A DNA stretch of 64,000 nucleotides. Origin: Candidatus Didemnitutus sp. (GTDB lineage: Bacteria; Verrucomicrobiota; Verrucomicrobiia; Opitutales; Opitutaceae). Positions 57,901 through 64,000 of this stretch are shown piece after piece. The translations under genes were made by a program, and so were the position numbers. Location of the stretch: the NCBI GenBank assembly GCA_030681265.1, contig JAUXXD010000201.1, positions 7,870 to 71,869 on the forward strand, written 5' to 3'. Under the pieces are notes generated by a model. The model saw only the letters and a list, made by a program, of their open reading frames with translations. It did not search any database and was not told the DNA's origin. The first letter of the stretch is position 1. Every line of letters starts with the position of its first letter.

Positions 57901-59564
57901 AGTTGCCCGGCCACAAGGTTTCGCCACTGATCGCCACGCTGCGTTTCTCCGTGCCGGGCGTGACGCTCATTTCGCCACCGCCGCATCACGACATCTATTC
58001 GATCGAAGATCTCGCGCAGTTGATTCTCGACCTTAAGGAAGTGAATCCGCGGGCGAAGGTCTGCGTGAAACTCGTCTCGTCGTCAGGCGTCGGCACGATC
58101 GCCGCAGGTGTGGCGAAAGCCTACGCCGACGTCGTGTTGGTCTCCGGCCACGAAGGGGGCACGGGCGCGTCGCCGCTCGGCTCGATCAAGAACGCCGGCT
58201 CCGATTGGGTGCTCGGGCTCGCCGAGGCACACCAGGTGCTGATGATGAACGGACTGCGCAGCCGCGTGACGTTGCGCACCGACGGCGGCATGAAGACCGG
58301 CCGCGACATCGTCATCGCGGCGATTCTCGGTGCGGAGGAATTCAACTTCGGCACGGCTGCGCTCATCGCGGCCGGTTGCGCGATGTTCCGCGTCTGTCAC
58401 CAGAACACCTGTCCGGTCGGCGTCGCCACGCAACGCGAGGATCTCCGCGCGAAGTTCCGCGGCAAACCGGAGAACGTCATCGCTTACTTCGACGCCGTTG
58501 CGGAAGAGGTGCGTCATTACCTCGCGCGCCTCGGCGCGCACACGCTCAACGACATCATCGGTCGCCCCGAGTTGCTCGAGCAAATCGACGACCCGGCCAA
58601 CGCGAAGACGCGCTTCGTCAATCTCTCCGGCGTGTTGCACAACGTCGATCCGACGGGCCAGCTCGACCGCTTCCACACGCGCGAGCGCAATGAGCGTTTC
58701 GGCGGCGAAGGTTCGCTCGACGAGTTGATCATTCAGGAAGCGCGCCATGTCATCGCGGGCCGCTCCGGTCGTTTCGCGGGCAGTTACAAGGTGACGAATG
58801 TGAACCGTTGCCTCGGCACGCATCTCTCCGGCCAGATCGCCTATTTGCGCGGCAGCGAGAGCCCGCTCGCGCCCCGCACGATCGATCTCGAATTCAAAGG
58901 CACGGCCGGGCAGAGCTTCGGCACCTTCCTCGTGCGCGGTGTGCGCCTCAGTCTCACGGGCGAGGCCAACGACTATGTCGGCAAGGGCATGAGCGGGGGC
59001 GAGATTGTGATTCGTCCGCGCTCGGATGAACTTTTCCAATGGGAAACCAACGTGCTCCTCGGCAACACCTGCCTTTACGGGGCGACAGGCGGCCTGCTCT
59101 TCGCCGCCGGTTGCGCCGGGGAACGTTTCGCGGTGCGCAATTCCGGCGCGACCGCCGTCGTCGAAAGCGTGGGTGACCACGGTTGTGAATACATGACGCG
59201 TGGCGCGGTGGTGGTGCTCGGTCCCACGGGACTGAATTTCGCCGCCGGAATGAGTGGTGGTCTGGCGTTTGTGTTCGACGAACACAACACGCTGCCGACG
59301 AGTTACAATCCGCAGATGGTGGAACTCGAACGGTTGGAAAACGCCGCTGAAACGGAAGCGTTGCGCCAACTCATCGCGGCCCACGCGGCCGCGACGGGCA
59401 GCCCGCACGCGCAACGAATTCTCGCCAACTGGACGACAAGTCTGGCGAAGTTTTGGAAAGTGGCGCCGCAGGCTACGACTCCGGACGCACCGAAAACCTT
59501 TTTCACCTACGAGGAAATCATCGGACCGAAAGCCGTGCCGCGCGCCGTGCCAACGGCCAGCTGA
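54948..59564 (+). CDS. gltB: Glutamate synthase large subunit
   Basis: EHDACGVGF N-terminal Cys, HQRYSTNT, HNGEIN, EPWDGP, IKMAQGAKPGEGGQLPG, CRVCHQNTC-type cluster (CAMFRVCHQNTCP); start 54948 or 54894. Confidence 0.97.
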   Translation: MHPCVSPSPLYDREFEHDACGVGFVARIDGFRTHDVLKHSLTALKALAHRGAIDADSSTGDGAGVMTQLPYDIIRAHLAALNVNAVPKDKDLAVAMLFLPRDNDLAQAQIRKIVIESIKEEGLGFVAWREVPTDFSILGRKAADTRPLILQAIIARLDDSNDDGFERHLFLAQKVAERRCASARLDGFYICSCSARTIVYKGLLNAPEVRRFFPDLRDPRFTTAFAIFHQRYSTNTFPTWNLAQPFRALAHNGEINTVRGNRARMQARERAMTGGTWGPRFADLHPVVQDGMSDSASFDNVLEILSLGERSMLHSMMMMAPPAWEQNPNLSPEVRAFFQYHSLMMEPWDGPSALVFSDGRVVGATLDRNGLRPARYKVYDDGHVLLASETGLVPDLPGQVIHSGRLGPGRMIAVDLENKRLLSDEDIKREIAAKPIYKDWCDRHLINLQKFAAAAPEGGVITPEANYRATVLQQQLAFGYDTEEIELVLSPLAVGLEPTGSMGDDTPLAVLSRRPRLLYTYFKQLFAQVTNPPIDSIREKSVMSLGASLGPRMSLFETALAPSGVLTLDSPILFDHEVEALSAVPLFRNAVVRLSVLLEVNGNEDTLAEAVHDLAQRALNAVENQGAKIIILSDRGLSPTKAAIPMLLATGAVQHRLIRAGLRLKCDIVAETGEAREVHHVACLVGYGANAVNPYLALATVRELANQGKLATPAQPQEAEKNFKKAIEAGLLKVLARMGISTIASYRGAQIFEAIGIGNKVVEECFARTPSPIGGIGYRQIAEETLRRHERAFPRPSGAASEAEATAAPATGLSSDGYYKVSRKGDGEFHGWNPKVVAGMHKFLKGAQVEDFKTFSHTANEHPPVTLKDLLKLRFPPEGLPLEEVEPVEDIRRRFTTAGMSLGALSPEAHETLAIAMNRIGGKSNSGEGGEDPSRFLLRENGDSANSAIKQVASGRLGVTAEYLANAREIEIKMAQGAKPGEGGQLPGHKVSPLIATLRFSVPGVTLISPPPHHDIYSIEDLAQLILDLKEVNPRAKVCVKLVSSSGVGTIAAGVAKAYADVVLVSGHEGGTGASPLGSIKNAGSDWVLGLAEAHQVLMMNGLRSRVTLRTDGGMKTGRDIVIAAILGAEEFNFGTAALIAAGCAMFRVCHQNTCPVGVATQREDLRAKFRGKPENVIAYFDAVAEEVRHYLARLGAHTLNDIIGRPELLEQIDDPANAKTRFVNLSGVLHNVDPTGQLDRFHTRERNERFGGEGSLDELIIQEARHVIAGRSGRFAGSYKVTNVNRCLGTHLSGQIAYLRGSESPLAPRTIDLEFKGTAGQSFGTFLVRGVRLSLTGEANDYVGKGMSGGEIVIRPRSDELFQWETNVLLGNTCLYGATGGLLFAAGCAGERFAVRNSGATAVVESVGDHGCEYMTRGAVVVLGPTGLNFAAGMSGGLAFVFDEHNTLPTSYNPQMVELERLENAAETEALRQLIAAHAAATGSPHAQRILANWTTSLAKFWKVAPQATTPDAPKTFFTYEEIIGPKAVPRAVPTAS

Positions 59565-59593
59565 TTCTCGGGTTAACTGTCATAGTCGCAGGG

Positions 59594-59610
59594 TTGGCCG
59601 ACAGGTTGCT
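59594..59610 (+). promoter_or_regulatory. Sigma54 (-24/-12) promoter candidate for the porin gene
   Basis: TTGGCCGACAGGTTGCT: GG at 59596-59597 and GC at 59608-59609 (GG-N10-GC), 65 nt before the ATG. Confidence 0.55.
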
Positions 59611-59674
59611 TTGAGTAAGGCGTCCGATGCGGTGTGAGCCGCATCCACGCCTCAACTCAGAACAAGCCAACCAC

Positions 59675-60373
59675 ATGAAGAAACTACTATTGACCACGCT
59701 GGTGTTCGTCGCCGCGAGCCTGTCCGCGGACGAAGCCAAGTCCTCTTACTCGATCAGCACGGATTTCACGTTCGTCTCGGAATACGTTTTCCGCGGCGTG
59801 AAACAACAAAGCGCCTCCTTCCAACCTTCCGTCACAATTACGTCGGGCGGATTCTCCGCCGGGGTCTGGACCGCGCAAGCGCTCGAAGACCGCGCGGCGA
59901 CGTGGGCCGATGGCAACGAAATCGATCTTTTCGCCAGCTATGCAGTGGCGATCGATGGCGGCTACGCCTTCACCGTCGGCGCGACGTCTTACCAGTATCC
60001 GTCGGCCCGCCCGTTGCTCGGCGAACTTGATCGGACCTTCGAGATCAGCGCCGGGTTCTCCGGCCCGCTGGGCCCGTTGTCTGGTTCGCTGACCTATTTC
60101 CGCGATTTCGATCTCGACGCCGACATCTACGAACTGGGCCTCAGCTACGGTGCCGATATCAACGACAAGACTTCCTACGAAGTTGGAGGCTCCTACGGCA
60201 TCGCGCGTTACGATGCGGGTGGCGATTATGATTACTACGCCCTGAACGCGACCGTGAGCTACAAACTCAGTGAGAAAACGGCGCTGACGGTGGGCGCACA
60301 CTGGTCCGCCACCGACATCACCGGCCTCAAGTCGAACACCTGGTTTTCGGTTGGCTTCAGGGCCGACCTTTAA
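59675..60373 (+). CDS. TorF-like putative porin (TIGR02001-like)
   Basis: Signal peptide, SEYVFRGVKQ, EIDLFASY, beta-strand pattern, near-terminal aromatic residue. Confidence 0.75.
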   Translation: MKKLLLTTLVFVAASLSADEAKSSYSISTDFTFVSEYVFRGVKQQSASFQPSVTITSGGFSAGVWTAQALEDRAATWADGNEIDLFASYAVAIDGGYAFTVGATSYQYPSARPLLGELDRTFEISAGFSGPLGPLSGSLTYFRDFDLDADIYELGLSYGADINDKTSYEVGGSYGIARYDAGGDYDYYALNATVSYKLSEKTALTVGAHWSATDITGLKSNTWFSVGFRADL

Positions 60374-60396
60374 GACAGAACGCATAGCAAAATGGG

Positions 60397-60431
60397 ACCG
60401 GCCGCGCCCGTGGGGGGCGCGGCCGGTTTTA
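60397..60431 (+). terminator. Rho-independent terminator after the porin
   Basis: ACCGGCCGCGCCC...GGGCGCGGCCGGT followed by a T run. Confidence 0.85.
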
Positions 60432-60511
60432 CTAATGACACACGCAAGCCCAAAAGAACGAGAATCAGGCTGGCAGAGCGGGACATTTCCCCTTGGCTGA
60501 CTCGTTTCACA

Positions 60512-61741
60512 ATGAAACCACGCAAGGTCGCCCTTCTTACTGCCGGTGGATTAGCCCCGTGCTTGAGCGCGGCGGTCGGAGAACTGATTTTGCAATACAC
60601 CGATGCGTCTCCGGAAACGGAAATCATCTGTTATCGCTCGGGTTACAAGGGACTGCTGCTCGGTGATTCGATTCAAGTAACCCCCGACATGCGCGCGCAA
60701 GCCGGCGTGTTGCGTCGCTACGGCGGCAGCCCCATTGGCAACAGCCGCGTGCGGCTCACCAACGTCGACGACTGCGTGAAGCGCGGGCTCGTGCAATTGG
60801 GTCAAGACCCGCAGGCCGTCGCGGCCCAGCAGCTGCAAAAAGACCAGATTGACGTGCTCCACACGATTGGGGGCGACGATACGAATACGGCGGCCGCTGA
60901 TCTCGCGGCGTTTCTCAACCTCCACGGTTACCACCTCACGGTCATCGGTCTGCCCAAGACCATCGACAACGACATCATTCCCGTTCGGCAAAGTCTCGGT
61001 GCGTGGACCGCCGCCGAGCAGGGCGCGAATTTTTTCCAAAATGTCGTGAGCGAACACAGTGCAAGCACCCGCATGCTCTTGGTGCACGAAGTCATGGGAC
61101 GCCACTCCGGTTGGCTCACGGCGGCGACCACACGCGACTATTTTAACATCATCGACAGCGGGCATTTCATTCCCGGACTCGGCCATTGCGAAAAACGTTG
61201 GAGCGTGCACGGCGTTTATCTACCCGAGATGGAACTCGATATTGAGGCCGAAGCCGACCGCCTCCGCCAAACGATGGACACCCTCGGCAACGTAAACCTT
61301 TTTGTCAGCGAAGGCGCCTGCGTGGAAACAGTGTTGGCCGAAATGATAGCGCGCGGCGAACCGATCGAACGCGACGCGTTTGGTCACGTGAGACTCGACA
61401 AGGTCAACGTCGGTGCTTGGTTCGGCAATCGCTTCGGCGCCTTGCTCAGCGCGGACAAAGTGCTCGTGCAAAAGAGCGGTTACTTCGCGCGCTCAGCCGC
61501 GGCAAACGAAGCCGATCTCGTGCTCATTGGCCGTTGCGTCGAACACGCCGTCCAGTGCGCCATGAATGGCGAGTCGGGCTTGATTGGCGAAGACGACAAC
61601 CGCAACGGCCAGTTGCGTCCGATTGAATTTTCCCGCGTCCAAGGCGGTAAGGAATTCGACCTGAACGCACGGTGGTTCAATGACGTGCTCACCCGCACCG
61701 GTCAGACACTCGGCATCAAAGGGAAGAGCATGGTGCACTGA
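60512..61741 (+). CDS. pfp: Pyrophosphate-dependent 6-phosphofructokinase
   Basis: TAGGLAPC, GGDDT (Asp marks PPi specificity), PKTIDND, EVMGR. Confidence 0.9.
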   Translation: MKPRKVALLTAGGLAPCLSAAVGELILQYTDASPETEIICYRSGYKGLLLGDSIQVTPDMRAQAGVLRRYGGSPIGNSRVRLTNVDDCVKRGLVQLGQDPQAVAAQQLQKDQIDVLHTIGGDDTNTAAADLAAFLNLHGYHLTVIGLPKTIDNDIIPVRQSLGAWTAAEQGANFFQNVVSEHSASTRMLLVHEVMGRHSGWLTAATTRDYFNIIDSGHFIPGLGHCEKRWSVHGVYLPEMELDIEAEADRLRQTMDTLGNVNLFVSEGACVETVLAEMIARGEPIERDAFGHVRLDKVNVGAWFGNRFGALLSADKVLVQKSGYFARSAAANEADLVLIGRCVEHAVQCAMNGESGLIGEDDNRNGQLRPIEFSRVQGGKEFDLNARWFNDVLTRTGQTLGIKGKSMVH

Positions 61742-61962
61742 GTGAGCGGCCGGTCGGTCGCCGCCCACGGCCGCGCGCAACAAGGGACGCCGCCGGGTTT
61801 GTAACGCCATCGGTGACAAACGCCGGTGCCACAGGAGCTGAGGGGCAGTGGACCACTGGGCTTTGAGCCGCGCTCCGGTCAAATTGTGGCGGTGGTGGCC
61901 GTGGTGTAATTGTGCGCCTTCGGCATTGCGGCGCCGCCCCCCGCGGCCTAACTGTTGGTCTA

Positions 61963-62529
61963 ATGTTTTTGCGGCTGACTGTTTTCCTCGCGATTCCCGC
62001 TCTGTCGTTGCTGGCCCAACCGGCGGCGCCGTCGTTGCGGAATTTGGTGACGAATTCGCCATTCGCTTCCTTTGGTCCCGTCAATAGCACCGCGGCCGCT
62101 AACGCGCCGCTCGAATTTCGCGGCACCTTCGTCGAAAGCGGCGAACGTTTTTTCAGCATTCTCGACACCGGCACACGTCGCGCCGAGTGGGTGGGGCTTA
62201 ACGAACCGGGCCAACTCTTCGCCGTGAAAAATTACCACCCCGAACGCGAAGCGATCACCGTGGAATTTCAGGGCCGCGTGATGGAACTCAATTTGCATTC
62301 CGCGCGTGTCGCGGTGTTGGCAGCGGCCCCACCGCCGCCACCGCCGAACAATACCGCGGCGGTTTCCGGCCAAAATCGCCCCGCGGCCGCCGCCACCGCT
62401 CCCGCGGGCAACGAAGCACAGCGGCTCGCGCAAGTCGCCGAGGAAATCCGCCGCCGCCGCGCCCTGCGGCAGCAAGCCACTCAACCGGGCCAACTGCAGA
62501 CTCAACCTCCCGCTCCTCCGAATCGCTAA
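61963..62529 (+). CDS. Hypothetical protein upstream of the pseudopilins, possibly GspC-like
   Basis: N-terminal hydrophobic segment, beta-rich middle, Pro/Ala-rich tail; 1 nt before gspG. Confidence 0.55.
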   Translation: MFLRLTVFLAIPALSLLAQPAAPSLRNLVTNSPFASFGPVNSTAAANAPLEFRGTFVESGERFFSILDTGTRRAEWVGLNEPGQLFAVKNYHPEREAITVEFQGRVMELNLHSARVAVLAAAPPPPPPNNTAAVSGQNRPAAAATAPAGNEAQRLAQVAEEIRRRRALRQQATQPGQLQTQPPAPPNR

Positions 62530-62530
62530 C

Positions 62531-62950
62531 ATGAATTCACGCTCCGCCTTCACGCTGCTCGAAATCCTCGTCACGCTCGCCATCATCGGTTTGCTCGCCG
62601 GACTCGCGATTAGCAACAGCGATAAAATTTTCGGCCAAAGTCAGGAAGCCGTCGCGCGCATCTTTGTGCGCGATTCGCTCAAGACCTCGCTCACGCGCTA
62701 CCGCATCGATCTTGGTGATTATCCCTCCACCGCGGAAGGGCTGGCCGCGCTCTTCACGGCACCCGCCAATCGCGCCGAACGTTGGCGCGGTCCCTACGCC
62801 GAAGCGACCGGCGGCAAGTTGCCCAGCGATCCGTGGGGCGAAGCCTACCGTTATCGCTATCCGGGCGTGAAAAACAAGGGCGGCTACGATCTCTACTCGA
62901 CCGGTCCCGACAAAGCCGACGGCACCGAAGACGATATCGGTAACTGGTAA
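62531..62950 (+). CDS. gspG: Type II secretion major pseudopilin
   Basis: AFTLLEILV N-methylation motif, YRIDLGDYP, WRGPY, DPWG..Y.Y..PG, DDIGNW. Confidence 0.93.
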   Translation: MNSRSAFTLLEILVTLAIIGLLAGLAISNSDKIFGQSQEAVARIFVRDSLKTSLTRYRIDLGDYPSTAEGLAALFTAPANRAERWRGPYAEATGGKLPSDPWGEAYRYRYPGVKNKGGYDLYSTGPDKADGTEDDIGNW

Positions 62951-62983
62951 CGCGGTCTTGTCCGCGCGTCCCACCAACCCGTC

Positions 62984-63523
62984 ATGAGGTTCGCCGGTCA
63001 CACGACGATTTCGGCGCTTGGTTCATCTCGCGCCATGCTCGCCACCCGCGCGGGATTTACGTTGGTGGAAGTGTTGCTCGTGCTGGCACTGCTCGCGTTG
63101 TTGGCGGCGGTTTTTATTCCGGGAGTGAATTCCATTTTGCGCGACATCAACGCGCGCGGACCTGACCAATTGCTCAGCGAAGCCATGCTCGCCGCTCGGC
63201 ACGAGGCGCTGGCCACCGGCCGCGTCGTCGAGTTGCGCTACCACACCGAGGCGCGGCAACTCTGGTGGAGTGAAACCGCGCCGCGCGCGGAGCCGCTACC
63301 TGCGGGGATGGAAGTCTCGTTTCTCCCACTCGCGTCAGGTTCCAGTATTTTGCTCGGCGGTCAGCTCGCCGAAGCGCAAGAGCCGTTGCGCCGCGTGCGG
63401 TTTTTCCCCGACGGCACGTGCGATGCGTTTCGCGTCAGTCTCAAAGCGGCTAACGCCGCGCCGCGGCTCTTCGTGGTTGATCCCTGGACCTGCGCCCTGA
63501 GTCCGCTGCCGACCACCCGTTAA
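62984..63523 (+). CDS. Minor pseudopilin, GspH-like
   Basis: GFTLVEVLLVL; FFPDG motif; an alternative later start is possible. Confidence 0.75.
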   Translation: MRFAGHTTISALGSSRAMLATRAGFTLVEVLLVLALLALLAAVFIPGVNSILRDINARGPDQLLSEAMLAARHEALATGRVVELRYHTEARQLWWSETAPRAEPLPAGMEVSFLPLASGSSILLGGQLAEAQEPLRRVRFFPDGTCDAFRVSLKAANAAPRLFVVDPWTCALSPLPTTR

Positions 63524-63524
63524 C

Positions 63525-63974
63525 ATGCGCGCACGTTCCTCCGCTTTCACGTTGCTTGAGGTGCTGATTGGCATCGCCGTGCTCGGCATTGCCGCCGTCG
63601 TGCTCGGCGCGGCCTACGTCAACACACTCAGTGCGCACGCCGCGGTCGCGCAGCGCGCCACGGATGGTTCGCTCTTGGATCATTTGAGCGAAGTGGTGCT
63701 CAACGAACCCGACCGCGCCAAGGTCGAAGCGGGCGGCGATATTCCGTTGCCCGACAATCGCCGTCTGCGCTGGCAGGCGACGATCGAGGAAGCACCGGTG
63801 CCGGACTTGTTTCGCGTGGTCGTAAAAGGCGAAGTGCGCGGCGACGCGACGAAAGCGACCGAAGAATTCACGCAGACACTGATGCTGTTGCGACCCACGT
63901 GGTCCGATCCGCAGCGCCGTGAACAATTGAGCACCGACTGGCGCGAGAGTCAGGCGAAGGGGACACCGCGATGA
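63525..63974 (+). CDS. Minor pseudopilin, GspI-like
   Basis: AFTLLEVLIGIAVL. Confidence 0.75.
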   Translation: MRARSSAFTLLEVLIGIAVLGIAAVVLGAAYVNTLSAHAAVAQRATDGSLLDHLSEVVLNEPDRAKVEAGGDIPLPDNRRLRWQATIEEAPVPDLFRVVVKGEVRGDATKATEEFTQTLMLLRPTWSDPQRREQLSTDWRESQAKGTPR

Positions 63975-64000
63975 AGCGCGTGCGCGGCTTTACGATGATT
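63971..64000 (+). CDS. Start of next pseudopilin (GspJ-like), partial
   Basis: ATGA overlap; MKRVRGFTMI. Confidence 0.6.
   Translation, partial: MKRVRGFTMI

Overview
GC-rich bacterial window, most likely Opitutaceae (Verrucomicrobiota). This is an inference from the IPEP-type PEP-CTERM tails, the beta-strand-repeat surface proteins and the general gene content; no database search was possible. 1-11.5 kb: a surface-protein cluster with one partial passenger-repeat protein, a TPR + STT3-like glycosyltransferase pair and three PEP-CTERM genes that share a near-identical 3' tail and terminator, followed by tRNA-Pro(TGG). 12-21 kb: LysM, NUDIX and acyl-CoA-ligase genes, then sdhC-sdhA-[four-helix-bundle cassette]-sdhB. 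21-27.7 kb: an accessory island with a signal-peptide Rhs toxin (putative His/Cys protease tip), a lipoprotein immunity candidate, a partly duplicated Y1/RAYT-like transposase and an IS630 fragment. 28-38 kb: two tandem AbgT-family transporters and housekeeping genes. 38.5-50.7 kb: a copper locus (P1B ATPase, CusCBA-like RND system, YHS-like proteins, and a 46-codon remnant of a CorE-like sigma factor). 51-64 kb: glgA, a Phe/Tyr attenuator upstream of aroF-pheA, gltB, a sigma54-preceded TorF-like porin, PPi-PFK and the start of a type II secretion pseudopilin operon. No CRISPR array or rRNA was seen. Most long + strand ORFs over 0-11 kb are antisense shadows. Best leads: inverted heptamer-array cassettes (one full, one empty), the PEP-CTERM constant tail with its shared upstream motif and adjacent degenerate STT3-like enzyme, and the Rhs toxin module.
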